Shown here: positions 1-13,115 of the stretch, in pieces
How the letters are laid out: every line of letters starts with the position of its first letter
Numbering within the stretch: the stretch's first letter is position 1
Assembly: GCF_009834535.1 (NCBI RefSeq)
Contig: NC_045696.1
Location: 44,084,001-44,148,000, forward strand
Length of the DNA: 64,000 bases
From: Camelus ferus
Lineage: Eukaryota
Reading direction: 5' to 3'
Translations under genes and position numbers: made by a program
Notes under the pieces: model-generated
What the model was told of the DNA's origin: nothing
Database searches by the model: none
What the model saw: only the letters and a program-made list of their open reading frames with translations

Positions 1-136
1 ACGATGTAATACTATAAAAGTCATGGCAGAAAGTTGTAAAATAAAAGCTATTTTTTCAATCCTAAAATGAAGTTAGAAATGTATGGAGGTTCCATTTTAT
101 TTATTTTTAAAAATAAAGTCCAAGTATATTTAATAC

Positions 137-202
137 CTGTCACAACATCATATATATTTTGAATTTTAGAGTATATTTCCAACAATATCAATGACCAAGC
201 TT
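137..202 (-). CDS. Candidate internal exon (66 nt); only the phase-1 frame is open: (x)AWSLILLEIYSKIQNIYDVVT(G..)
   Basis: Minus strand reads atctttttaacag|AAGCTTGG...GTGACAG|gtatta. The other two frames contain stops. No protein recognised. Confidence 0.4.
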
Positions 203-1344
203 CTGTTAAAAAGATAGGCTTAGTTTGTGGACTCAAAGCATGGCTGCCATATAGGAGGCTGCCAGTCGGTGGCAATGCAATTTATAAAGACATTAAGAGA
301 ATGAAAGTGGTGTGAAGGACATCTCTAAAAGAAATGCAGTTTGTTCTTGGTCAGAGAACTAAGGCAAAATGCAATTTTTTGTTAGAAGGGAAATCTTTTG
401 TTACATTCTAGAACTGTTTTTCCCCTGGAACAGACTAAAATTTGTGAGTAGATGGAGAAAACATTCTGAAAAGTATATGAATTTGCCAACTCAGAAATTT
501 TTAATGAAAACCTTCAATTAAATAAAATAAATTGGCTCAATTTATTTTTCTAATTGAATTGATAAGTCCAGTTAGACTTTACATAGACTCAACCAATGGC
601 TAGCACTGTATCCCTCTTTAAATTATATTTATACTCTCACCTACAAAGAAGTAATCAAATTACTGTAATGGGAACAGAGCACAGGAACCCAGACACAAAG
701 TATCAGAGAAGCCAAAATATGTATTACATGTTCAAGCAAACAAAAAAGAACAATAACAAATGCTCATGAACTGACACATTTCCTGCCCCATCCCCAACAC
801 ACGCACACATACACAAACGCACACAGAGACAAACTTTGGACTTTCACTATCAAATTTAGTTTTCTAAACTCCAAGCAAATTAGAAAAAAACACAAAAGAA
901 AAATAAAGAAATTATTGAAGATATGTCCACTATTAGCAATATGGTGATGACTAACAGGGAAGAGATTAAAAGACTTTTTAAAAATGCATACACACATAAA
1001 TACATAAACAAATTGACAATATTCTTGTTAACCTTGGGTAATTAAGTGTGATATAAAATAGTGCTATGTACTTCAGGGATTTCTCTTGATACTATTATAT
1101 TAAAACTATATTGAAGCATAGCTAATGTCTATAACAATGACAGGGAATACATATAAGCAGTGTAACAGTTTAGAAAAAATATAGAAATTTGTCATGAGTT
1201 TGAAAAAAAATTAAAATGATTGAAATAGAATTTTGAAAGCTAATTAGGAAAAGATTAAGTTTTAGTATATAGTTAGCAGAATGCTAAATGCCTTATATAA
1301 AAATGTCATCACTGAAACAAGCCCATCCTGTATGTCATTTTTAA

Positions 1345-1455
1345 TCTTCATTTTATGAATGAGAAGTATAGGCTCATAGAATTTAAGAAACATGTCAGTG
1401 TTGGTACAGCTATTAAAGTGACAGAATTAGATTTCAAACCCAGACCTGACTCTCA
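1345..1455 (-). mobile_element. MIR SINE fragment
   Basis: cattttatgaatgagaagtataggctcatagaatttaag...acagctattaaagtgacagaattagatttcaaacccag resembles the reverse complement of the MIR core. Confidence 0.75.
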
Positions 1456-3064
1456 TGATGCTGCTTCTACTATGATGACCCATTTTAGGGATTTGAATAA
1501 TTGACTTATATGAATTGGCACAAACTCTAAAATGAAGCACTAATGTACTTGGTCAGATCAGAGTTTTATTATCAAGTTGACAAAAGCGTATTTAAATATG
1601 CAGGAAAAAGATCTATTATTTGTCTAAATGCTACGCTATACTTTGTTCAAAAGTTATGTGGAAGCCATTTGTTCCCATATTAAGTAACCTCAAAATATTT
1701 TTGCTCTGAACTCTCTTTTTTTTTTTAATTTAATAATTTTATTTGTTGATTTTTAAATTTCCTGCCAGGTTTTGCATGCTACTTTTTTCTCTTGTTCCAC
1801 TGTGACTACCTCTATCAAACTCTTGCTTTTCTATCTAAATTCTACCTAGCTTACTATACTGTAAGCAACCAAATGGCCTGTCAAGCTCATTGGAATGTTA
1901 TGTTTTATGAAAAGATGGAATTTCTGATTAAATATTTATGTGGTTTACTGTAAATGAAGTATACGAATTCTTGTCCCTGGATTTTAAAAAATTTCCTTTT
2001 TTCTTTCTTCTGAATTCTTAACTGTTTCAAACACTTGAGTATCCTTCAAAATGAGGATTTCTATGTACTTTTATAATGTAAAATATTTCTAATGTCTTGC
2101 AATAATTTCTCAAGTGGAATTCACAATTTAAAAACTACTAATATTAGATGCATTTTTACCTCAGCTTTAGGTTTTAGGGTTAAACAGAATTTTAATGGAA
2201 ACAGTTTGGGGAATCAGTTAAAATTACACAGAATAACCAGTTAAAACACTCCATACTAGTAAATAATTGTGGAAAGTTCTAATATTGATTATTTTATGGG
2301 CTCTATACATAGTATTCTGTTTTTCATGTGTAACTGAAGGTACATATAGTATCAACCTTGTAGAAATAGTAAATTAGGAGTAGTATGGGTATTTTTTAAA
2401 TTTGTGAATTAACAACAATAATTTGTGCATATGTGGTACTTTCCCCAAGTTAATTTGGAAAACATCCTCTCCTAAATCCCTATCAATATCCCTTTTAGGA
2501 AGATGACAGATACCATTATATCAATAGGAAACAAGATGAATAGAAGATACAAAAAAAAAAGTAAGAGTTAGAAAAGTTATTTCTAAATTGGTGGTATGCC
2601 AATTAAAAATCCAACTAAATACCTACATCACAAATGTTCCATAAGATCATTGGAATAAAATAAACAACTCCTATGGAAACAAGCTATATGTAAACCATGG
2701 ATACTCAATGCTTACATTGTGTTTTATCCCCTTAAATGTGAAAGCCAACAACTTCCCAACTCTCTTGCTTTGACAGGCTAGTTGTTAATTAAGCAATGCA
2801 TGCTATTTATGATTTAGTACGTTTGTTTTTGCTAGAATAAATAACCACATTGACTTCTTGCAATAACATAATCTGTCATTTAGAAGTTGTGGTAATGCTT
2901 TTAAACATTGTTCCCCAACTCTAGCTCTAAAAATCATTTGCTATTGTTCCTATTGTTTAGTAAATTAGATCAAACTTACAACGTTAAGTCATACTCTTCA
3001 TTTCTACCACTGTTTTTTCTTACCTTAGAGAACTATAATTTTTCCAAAACAGAATTACTTAGAA

Positions 3065-3236
3065 CAGGCAGGAAACAAGATCTTAGATCCTAGACTCTCT
3101 CTCCTTTTGGTATTAGTCCTATGACCTTGGCCGAATCATTTAACCTTTCTGAACCTCACATTTCTAGTCTGGAAAATGAAGGGGTAGGGAATAAATTATC
3201 TCTAAGGCCTCTCCAGTTCTACATCACTCTGATTCT
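3065..3236 (+). mobile_element. MIR3/MIRc SINE
   Basis: tgaccttggccgaatcatttaacctttctgaacctcacatttctagtctggaaaatg core plus the CR1-like tail tctctaaggcctctccagttcta. Confidence 0.75.
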
Positions 3237-3924
3237 TTGTATAGGATTTCAAAGTGGGTCACCATTTTTAGAATTCCAGGACTTTCTTTTTTAATTTGCC
3301 CTAAGAACAAGAATTGGTAACATGTAGCTTCACAAGAGTAAATCAGTAGACCTTTGTTTGAGTGAACTTCTTGGAATTTTTTTAAAAAATTGTTATTCAA
3401 AAAATCTGTCTTTCATCTACAATAGATTCCAAATAGTTAAGGATATGAAATAATTCTCTTTGTACTGCCAATTTTGTTATCAAGAAAAATAATAATAATT
3501 TTACAACTTAAATACTCAGATACAGACACATGGTTCGTGTGAATACTGTATCTTCTCATTCTTTACATTTTCTTCCCTCCTATAAGTTTTCTTTCTACTG
3601 CTTTGATAGATTATCTACTCCACCCAAGCAAGTAATAAGAATTTTGTTAATCTGCTAAATCCTATAACTCTCACCTCCAATTTTCTATGTGTATGGAAAA
3701 TAAGAAATTATTTCAAGCTGACATCTCTTTCCTTAAAAAAGCAGTCTACCTAAATAAAAATAGTACCTTCCATCTGTATGCTATGGTCTTTGGAAGGTAC
3801 ATGTTTCATATTTACAAACAGTGATACTTGTCAAGTTAGAGAGACGAACTATTATTGATAATGCTTTGTCTTCTACCTTTCTTGATTATCTATGTTACTT
3901 CAACAAAAGATGTATATCACATGT

Positions 3925-4090
3925 AGTATACCAGGAGAAAGAGTGACCTGTGTGAATCTACATGACCTTGGTTTCCGTACCAGTTCTTAGTGTGTAGTAT
4001 CTATGTGTACTTGATCTAGTCATTTGAGATTTCATGTGTAAAATGAAGGTCTAACTTATCTTTAAGGTTTTTGCCAGTTCTTATTTTTTC
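3925..4090 (+). mobile_element. Degenerate MIR3-like SINE
   Basis: catgtgtaaaatgaagg...atctttaaggtttttgccagttct tail. Confidence 0.5.
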
Positions 4091-4819
4091 TATATAATGA
4101 AAATATTACTCATCCATCCTTCTTATTTGTCACAATCTATATGATAAATCTTCCTGTTGTAACAAAGGTGAAGAGAAAAGGTAAATCACAGAAAGACTCA
4201 GAGAGGTGTCATAGTTTTCTCACCTGGTATCTCATTTAGTCCCTTAAATTGGCTCTTTAAGGACAATTTACTCATTTACTTTGGCTTCAAAAACAAGTCC
4301 AACCAAAAATGTACACCAGCAAGCTTTTTATCTTAGTTAAATTTGAATAGAAATCATTAAGCATTTAGAAAAACATATTCACTTAGCAATCAGAATAATT
4401 GTATTGTATATTAAAAAAACAAACAAACAAAAATTTTAAAAAGCAAAACTGGAGAAAATGATTGAGCAGTTGGACTGTGAAGGTTGCCAGCTTCTGATAG
4501 AAAGTATATTCTATAAAGTTTGCACAGGAATCAGCAACTTTAGAGTTCCAGCAAACATGGAAATGTACCCTATAAGACAATGATGTTTAAGAATGAATTC
4601 CTCTTTCTGTCCCCAAAGCATTCATGTTAAATTTCACAGGATGTTAAATGCTTTGTAATTAATCTCAGTGTATTTTTAAAATAAACTAGTAGCCTAAACT
4701 CAGAGAAGACAACATAAATAAACACAAGGAAAACTGATTAGAATCCAGCACATTCCTTATTCTATTAAACAAGAAGAAAAAAAATCTACCATAATAAAAA
4801 GAGTCAGAAGAAAGCTTAC

Positions 4820-4850
4820 GTATTGAACCCATGATCATATACCATAGGAG
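4820..4850 (-). other. Candidate small exon (31 nt) containing three ATGs
   Basis: Very long pyrimidine tract cttgttttctctctcttatctctcttgttttag|CTCCTATGGTATATGATCATGGGTTCAATAC|gtaagc. Confidence 0.55.
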
Positions 4851-6140
4851 CTAAAACAAGAGAGATAAGAGAGAGAAAACAAGATAAAACAAGAGAGATA
4901 AAATGAATCAGCCAGAAGCCATTTTGACATGATTAGTTCCTTCTCTAATTAGAGAAATAAGTAAATGGAAGGGGATGTGTGTATTGGGGTGTGGGGATGG
5001 GATAGGAGTGAAGATTTGTGACAACAAGACAACAAAAGAATTTCAGCTTTGAGTTTATATCGAATTGAGATTTTTATATCAGGGTTTTATTTTTTAACCT
5101 TATTATTTAAAAATATGGAGTTCTTTCTCTTGTTTGTTTTTACTTATTAGATATCTTAAGTTTGCAGAGCCAAAGCAAATCAGAAGTTTGAGGTAGTGTA
5201 ATTGGTGAATCAATTAATTTAGCAGTCAACATGTTGGCAATGAGAAATCTATAGATTCAGAGTAGCTGGATTCTTAATTATTAATGACTTAGGAAAATTA
5301 TTTGGTTTCTTTGACCCTATTCTCCTCATCTGTTCTTTTCAAAGTTCCTGCCTCCACCACAGGTTTGAAAAAAGGCACAAAAATGATAGTTATGTGAAAT
5401 ATATCGTATAACAGAAAGCACTAGATATATACAAAGTAATCGTAGTATCAGAGTGTGCAATGATCTGTTGCAGAATCTGAATTATCCAGATAATGATTAT
5501 GGAAGACTCACCTGTCATTGGATATGCAGATGTTTAAAATATAGTTAATGATTTGTAAGATGTGGTGCTGATTAAACCTCTAATTAGATGTTTTCTAATT
5601 TTAGTCTAATGATGACTCTTCTAGCCCTTAGGTCTTTTTGCTTTCTGTTTTTGGTTTCACCAATTTCAGAACTGACTTAAAATTAACTGCATGAAAATCA
5701 GTGAAATCTTTTTAGTTTATGTATCCTTTTAGTTTATGTTCATAGAGTGTTCGATAAATATCTCCTTCATCATTAACAGTTACAGTTAATAAGTATACTT
5801 TTGTACATTTGAAGTACAGAAAACACTGAGAAAGGAGGATTATTTTTTTTACTTTAAATCTAGAAATTACCATTTGCCTTAATCTGGCCTTTTTTAAGTG
5901 AAACTAGTGAATTGCCAGATGTCTTACACTGCTTCTTATCATGTCCACAAACAGGAAATGTGTCCCAACTAATTATGTTAGACATTTTTAAATGAAAAAG
6001 AAAATAACGCTTTGAGTTTGCCTGGTTCTATTTCTAGAATGACACAGACAACCAATGATGGAGAAATGATTTGGCTTTATAAACTTCTAAAAACACTATT
6101 TAAAATGTCAAATTTTCCAAGAGTAATAAGAAAAGCTTAC

Positions 6141-6209
6141 TTAGAGCACACCAAGAACCTGCATGCTCCTGTTCTGTAAGAGCCCAGCTTGATCCTGGTG
6201 ATAATACCT
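6141..6209 (-). other. Candidate exon (69 nt)
   Basis: ctttgtaaattttag|AGGTATTATC...GTGCTCTAA|gtaagc; GC-richer than its flanks. Confidence 0.45.
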
Positions 6210-7287
6210 CTAAAATTTACAAAGTCATTCATCCAAATGTTAAGTGAAGTGGGCAGTATGATATTTTTATTTTGACTGGGTAAATATTTAGTTTTCATAC
6301 AGGTCTTGATTTGTAATGCAGATCCCAGAGCCATGAAAAAAATAAATCCTAATTATCTTACACAGTTAAATTAATTTCAACTCATATACCTTTTACCTAA
6401 TTTCTACATCAGGATAGTAGCTTTTAAAAATGTATTTTGCAATATTAATTACAGAAGCAGTAAAAGATGCCACAGCTTTTTCAATGTATATATACTATGC
6501 TTACACATTTATATCCATTATGTGTAAAGGTATTTTAAAACTGAACAATGATTTGAGTTCCAAAAAATATAAATTAAGATTATTTATAGGTAGTGAAGGT
6601 TTTTTTCCATCTAAATTTAGATAATACATATTTTTATATTTATATTATTGAAAAGTTATTCATAGTCACAATTCTACTATATGCAATGAGAAAAATAAAA
6701 TAAATGGCAAACCTACTGACCAGTCAAGTGACAGTCTCATTCTAAATGTAGAGATATTTTAAAATTTACCTCCAGTATTAAATGATATTTCTGTGTGTGC
6801 AAGGTGTTAGAAATGTAGATGAACTGACATACTTGAAATGAGTTATTCTAGACTTAGTAGATATTATTAATATACCTTGAAAAGGGAAGCCATGTTTATT
6901 AAGGAACTACTGGTATGCCTCATTAATCTTACCTCATATCCCCTTAGTAAGTCTTTATATAATACTTCAGGCTTTTATAGGATATAGTCTATGGAAAAAG
7001 ATAACCACCACTTATTGAAGCTGTCACCACCAATGTCATCAGTATCCCCACAGCGTATCTCTTATTTTGGCTAACTTTTGGCCCCACTTAATAAGAGGGA
7101 AGTATTTCCAGATCATTTCCCCCACAAAGAAGAAGATCTCTGCTTTAATGTTAGCATTGCCAGGGCTTCCGCATAATTTCTCTCATGCTGTGATAATTCT
7201 TCCTTATTCCTAGTTCAAGGGAGAGACACTATTTGCAGACAAATGCAGGAGAAAGGGACAGCATGATCTGCTCAAGCTGTGGCTTAC

Positions 7288-7368
7288 CAGGGCATTGCTA
7301 AGCCCTAATGTAGTGGCCAAGAGTGTAGTTTCTGTGCCATTCTCACAAACTTATTCTTCCACTCCTGT
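7288..7368 (-). other. Candidate non-coding exon (81 nt; stops in all three frames)
   Basis: ctacttctgcatag|ACAGGAG...GCCCTG|gtaagc. Confidence 0.25.
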
Positions 7369-8444
7369 CTATGCAGAAGTAGATATTCTAAGCTGAGAAA
7401 TGCATCATCTTTGGCTAAGGAAACCATGTATAATCTTCCATAATCATAAGGCCCATAAAAGACATAGAACCTCAAATTCAACAAATAGTTAAAAGGGGAA
7501 ATGATTATACCAAAGAGAATAAAAAATGAAATTCATGGAATTCACATTATAAAAAAACTGAGAAAATATGATAAAACATGAGAAGAGACTTGTGATTTAC
7601 AACAAAGCAAAGAAAATATGAAAAAAAAAAAAAACCCTACATCATAAAGATGAGATGAGAGAGTAGCTGAAGTAAAAATTCAGCTCTTTGAGAGGGTCCC
7701 TCTGTCTTTTCCTGCCTTTCGTCAGGTATATTCTAATTCTATCAAAAAATCTAAAATCTACTATGTAATAACTTGCAAAGACTGTTTCTATAAACCATAT
7801 ACTGCCTATTAAAACCCAGTATGTTTTGAAGCTGGTTGATAAAATTATGGTCATTCTTTTATGCTATGCTTTTGCTTATTTTCAATAGAAAATGGAAATA
7901 CCAATAAGGTCACTGACAGATTCCATGAAAATTGTTAAATGTGAGGCAATAGTATGCTGTGATAAGAACACTCAATTTACTAGTTTAGTGAAAGAATCCC
8001 CTTCCAAATGGCTGTGATTAAATTACCTGTGTTTTCCAGGGCATAGAAACCTAAAGATAACACAGAACATGAAGTCATTACTTCTCTAGCTCTGTTTGTC
8101 TTTCTTCAGGAACTCCAGTCTCCTTCAAATTCTCCTGAAATGTCAGGGAGCTCTCATGATGTCACCTTTCTGCTAAACTATGGCATTGGACATATGCTAC
8201 TTCCTTGATTTTGGTGTCATGTGATGATATCCCCTTTTGCTACTGTTACTACTAGAGAAAAAACATAGCTGCCAAAACCCATTGAATTAAATTTATGCAA
8301 ACTCAACTCAAGAAGCTAACTTAAGTAATTTTCCTACATATCATAACCTATGAGCTAGAATAAAGGTATATGGCTAATGGCTGCAATGAGTTTAAGGTTT
8401 ATCAAAAAAAGCAATCTTAAATAATTTTGTGAGAAGCATTAGGA

Positions 8445-8570
8445 AAATGCAAGAACACTACACAAAGAGGATTAACCTAATCTGGGAGGCAGGAGAGGCC
8501 TCTCAAAAAGAGAGATTTAACCTAAAATAAGAAGAATAAGTAATCACAGATTTCTATTCCAGATATGAAA
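8445..8570 (-). mobile_element. L2 LINE fragment
   Basis: taacctaatctgggaggcaggagaggcctctcaaaaagagagatttaacc resembles the antisense of the L2 3' region. Confidence 0.5.
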
Positions 8571-8799
8571 AAGGTGAATATTTTTAATGGGTCCCCTTTG
8601 AAGTGCAAAAACATCATAGATATGGTATCAAAATAATTGCATTTAGGATATAATTGGGCTTGCAAGAAAGTTAGAAAGAATTTACATTTAGATGATGCCA
8701 GAAAACCGTAGTGTTTTCTTAGAGCCAATTACCAACACTTATGCTGAGATGTGAAAACAAAAACCAGTCAAACTTTTAAAATATAAACAAATAGAATTG

Positions 8800-9400
8800 T
8801 CAAGAAGTATATAATTAATGAAATTGCAAACCCTGTGCGTTAAACAGAAGATTAAGCAAATTTGTGTTCTATTATTAAGGAATTATATGTTCCATCTAAA
8901 AATAAAAAGTTATTCAAACTGCAGCAGAGAAGGATAAGAATATCAATAAATAAAATGTGTGTTTGTGTGTGTGTACATGTATGTTTTAGGATAAGAAAAA
9001 GCATAACATATGTATAATAAGAACCTTATAAGAAGATGACAGAGACAATGGAGAAAAGATACCATTCAAGCTAGTTAAAAACATACCAAAGCCAATGAAG
9101 GATATGAAGCCATAGATGCGAAGCAGGTAAATACCAAAAGTGACAATCAGAGGAAACTACTATTACAGAAATAGAGGATACCAAAATCTAAATGGCCTAA
9201 GTGTCCAAAATAAGATGTGAGAGAAAGTATAAAGAAATACATTCAAAGTGATAAATGGAAGTCAAGGATAAAGAAAGAACAAGACATGCTCTACAGCTCT
9301 CAAGACTTGTTATGAAGTTTGAAGATCTTAGCAACAAACATAAGTATGAAAGAATTATTTGTAAAAATTTATAACAATTCTTAAATTAATGCATAGAATA
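8800..9400 (+). mobile_element. Old L1 ORF1-region (or HAL1) remnant
   Basis: A-rich decayed coding-like text (aacatatgtataataagaaccttataagaagatgacagagacaatggag) adjoining the L1 3' segment. Confidence 0.4.
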
Positions 9401-9429
9401 TGAGTAACTCCAAAGAAAACAAAAAAGCC

Positions 9430-10235
9430 TTTCACAGAAGAAAAATGTGATAGGAAAAGTTGTTCAATTTCATTAGCATGCAGAGACATGTAAATTAACA
9501 TGTAATGAGATATAATTTTATACCCATCAGATTGGCAAAAATTAAGAAGTCTGCAAATATTAAGTGTTGGTGTGGATGTGGAGAAGGAGAGAGGTTTAGA
9601 CACAGCTAGTGGGATTTTAATTGGTATAATCACTTTGAAAAACAATTTGGCATCATCTAGTAAGACTGATTATGCCCATATTCTCTTAAGTCAGAAATTC
9701 CTCACCTAATACAGTGTAAGGATGAAGTCTCACACGTACATCTGGAAACATAGAAATGAATGTCAAGGCAGCATTATTTTATAATAACAATTATAAACAG
9801 GGGAAATTTTAAAAAATATTTATCAACAGGTTAAGGTGAAATCATTTGTTGTGATTTAACTCATAGAATATTATATATCAACAAGCATACATAAATTAAA
9901 GGCACGAGTCACAACATGCATAGACCTTAGAAAATAAAGCAAGATGCAGTACAATCTTAGGCATAAACAAAATTAAATAGTATATTTTTTAATTACACCT
10001 ACACATGTGAAAAACTACTTTAAAAAATCAAGAAACTGTTAAACTCAAATTTCAGAATAGTTATTTATGCTAAGGAAGGAAGTAATGGGATACAGGAATA
10101 ATATTACACTCTGTGGGTACTATCCAATGTTGGGTGATAGGCTAAGGAATGTGTTTTATTATTATATTTTATTTTTATTTTATTATTCTTCCTTACATAT
10201 TTCTTTTTCTGGTTCAATTATTGCATAATAAAAAT
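9430..10235 (+). mobile_element. L1ME-type LINE-1, ORF2 3' end and 3' UTR
   Basis: atgagatataattttatacccatcagattggcaaaaattaagaagtctgc...tgttggtgtggatgtggag...tggtataatcactttgaaaaacaatttggca. Confidence 0.85.
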
Positions 10236-10482
10236 TATTTAGAATTATGCACATAAGAAGAGAAAAGATTTTATAGTAAGCCAAAGAGCATTGTAAAAAC
10301 TTGATGGCTGGAAATTCAAGGCCAATATGACGAAATCGTTGATGGTGCCAATGACATTGCTACCTATCAGAGGAAATTCTGCTTCTGAATTCTGCGCAAA
10401 CCTTTCTAATGTCAAGGGCAAATACATCTGAATGAAAAGCTCTGACCCTTTCCACTGCCACTGCCAATGTTGATCACATGCC

Positions 10483-10666
10483 TACGGTTGCCGGATAAAA
10501 TTCAGAATGCCCAGCTCAATTTGAATTTCAGATGAACAACAATTTTATTAGTATAAATATGTTCCAAATATGAGACTTAACTTCTACTAAGAAACAAATG
10601 CTGCTTATCTGAAATTCAAATTTAGCAGGACACTCGTATTTTTATTTGCTAATTCTAGCAATTCTA
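10483..10666. mobile_element. MER53 palindromic hAT MITE
   Basis: Ends tacggttgccggataaaa and tttatttgctaattctagcaattcta. Internal inverted arms aatttgaatttcagat and atctgaaattcaaatt. 8-bp target-site duplication cacatgcc/gacatgcc (7/8 match). Confidence 0.9.
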
Positions 10667-10814
10667 GACATGCCCCTTTCTTTCATAGCTAAAGGTACTC
10701 TCTCTTATTGCTGAAGAACATCCTACCTGAAGACGACTGATGCTTTACCCTCTCAACATCTACGCTCTTTTAGTCTTTACCATGTTGTCACAGCCTTTTT
10801 GTTTTATGATTCAG

Positions 10815-10925
10815 TCATTAATCAAACAGCACAACCTAGAGAACGACATCGAGCACATTGTACATCACCTGACCCTTCTTCTAACTTCTGTGAACCAAAA
10901 GCATGTGGCAGGCTCTTCTCCCAGG
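10815..10925 (+). other. Weak candidate plus-strand exon (111 nt, open in phase 0: SLIKQHNLENDIEHIVHHLTLLLTSVNQKHVAGSSPR)
   Basis: cctttttgttttatgattcag|TCA...CCCAGG|gtaagc; no partner exons found. Confidence 0.2.
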
Positions 10926-11989
10926 GTAAGCGCTTTCCCTGGAAGCTCCTGGAGCGCCCATGTAAACAGAACCACTGAATGACTTGCTATATAGCGTTCT
11001 GCCAGACAAACCCACACATGTCTGCATTCTTGAATAAACAAAGCATGAATTCAATGTAAGGCCCAAGTGAAACTGAATATTCAATGAATAATGAGCTGCA
11101 ATTATCAACAGCAGTTTCAGTGAGCAGGTTCATCTGTAAGACTTTCAAGAAGTTGTTCTTTGACAAGATTTAAATTGCTTTTTTGAGTTTCTAGTCATTT
11201 TCTTTAGTTTGTCCTTTATACACAGTGAATTAGATAAACACAACAATAAAAATTGCATCACTTACAGTTAAGAACACTATCTTATTTTAGTGTGATTTTC
11301 TCTAGATATAGGTGAAGTTTGCTATCCTATCATTTGCAATTCTTTCCTAAGTATTTTGAAATCAAGATTTAAAAACAACAAACAACATCAAACTCTGCTA
11401 AATTGACACCAGGTAATAATCCAGAAAATACTGAATAAAAAGACAAGATATTCTTCAATGGAGTTCTGCTTTCAGCTTTACTATGTCAATTTTGTGATTC
11501 TGCACCTATTCAGACTTCAATATACTGATTTCTTAAGTCCTTTACCTATTTTTGTTTATGTATTTCTGCAAATAATCAATACAAATAGGTAAAAATTTAT
11601 CAAGCCAAATAAAATAGCCCACATGCCTAGATGATGAAAGAGGCATTTTGATGGACCTGAGATTAGAAAATGTAGTCAATTTTTTGTATAGTTTAAAATG
11701 CACTTGCAAACCTGTTTATAGTCTTAAGTTTCCATTCTTAAAAATTAGAATATTGAATAATCTCATTAGATGTTATGATTGCTATATCTTTATGGAAAAT
11801 TTATTGCTATGATTTCAGAAATACATATTTATAACAGGATGACAAATAAATTTTTATTGGACTTGTGAGTTTTGGCTCAGGAAGGAGGGAAAGAAAAAAA
11901 TCAAAAATATTACGCCTTTCTCATAGAACTTGAAGAACAACTAATCAAGGAGGCTTAACCATGTGTTTGCTTTTATAACCTAGGAAACA

Positions 11990-13115
11990 GGGGCATAGTG
12001 TTACCATATGAACTGCTAAGAAATACAAAATTCACCTACATCAAACCTGAATGGGAATGTTCAGATTCTATGTGCCTGATTTTTCTACCCTGTTCAGAAA
12101 GCCTATAAAATGTAATTTGAAAGAATTACTAGACTTGTTGATAAGGGAAATGCATTAGACATACTGGCATTTGACAAGATGCTTTCATGAGATTAAAGCT
12201 CAAGTAGGGTTAGATGATACTTCAGTTAGGTGTTTTGCAAACTGATTGAATGGTGGTGTTCAAAGAATACCGGGAAGGGAATGACTGTCGGTCTGTAATA
12301 AAATTTTACAGAGTTCTGCCCTTGAATATGTTCTGTTCACTATCAAGAACATAAATGGAGTCTGGCATCAATCAATAAAAGAATGACTGAATATATAATA
12401 TGATAAAATCAGTTTTTTAAAGTATTTTGGTAACTAATAATTGTGGGCCAAAATTTGCAAGATTAAGTACAATGCATACTCATTTCTAAAAAGTACTGTA
12501 GAATAGTACACAGTATATTAAAGTAAAGGAATTCAATATAAGCTTCAATTTCAAAAAAGGCTAATGTAATAATATATTACATAACATTATAATACTGTGA
12601 TCTCTTGATTGATGGAAGAGATGGACATTCTTCTCTTATTTGCTCAAACACCTTACAGATTGATGTGTTCAGTTTTAGTAGAAACATATAAAATACCTAC
12701 CTAGGCAACCAGAAATACACTGTAAAGGATTTGACAAAGATTGTAAAATTATACCAAAAAGTCTACCTGAGGAAGAGTCAATTAGAGAAACTCAGAATAT
12801 CTAGTTAGGATTAAGAATTTTCAAATTGGAGAACAAAAGATAAAACACCTGTTCTCAAATGTTTGAATCACTGTGATACAAAAGAACTAATTTCTTTTTT
12901 TTTTTTTAATTTATGATGTTACTGAGTAGAACTAGAGCCAAAATGTAAATCTGCATTGAGACAAATTTTTACTCAATATTAGGAAAAGAATAAAATCTAA
13001 TTGGCTAATCTGTATTCAGTTATTCATGTTTAAATAATTATTTGTTTGGGCTATTGTAGAGATTTCAGATATGGAATGATAAAATGAGCTAGATGACACT
13101 TAAAATCACTCTGAG
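11990..13115 (+). mobile_element. L3/CR1 LINE remnant (RT region to 3' end)
   Basis: gggaaatgcattagacatactggcatttgacaag (YLDFSKAFDK-like), gggttagatgatacttcagttagg, and the 3' tail gagctagatgacacttaaaatc. Confidence 0.75.

Noticed and set aside
1769..1860. Plus-strand exon candidate (cctgccag|...ACT|gtaagc)
   Set aside because: Low-complexity pyrimidine-rich content, isolated, and likely a pseudo-exon
10364..10427. Minus-strand exon candidate (ttttcattcag|...GATAG|gtagca)
   Set aside because: Weak donor and no recognisable peptide
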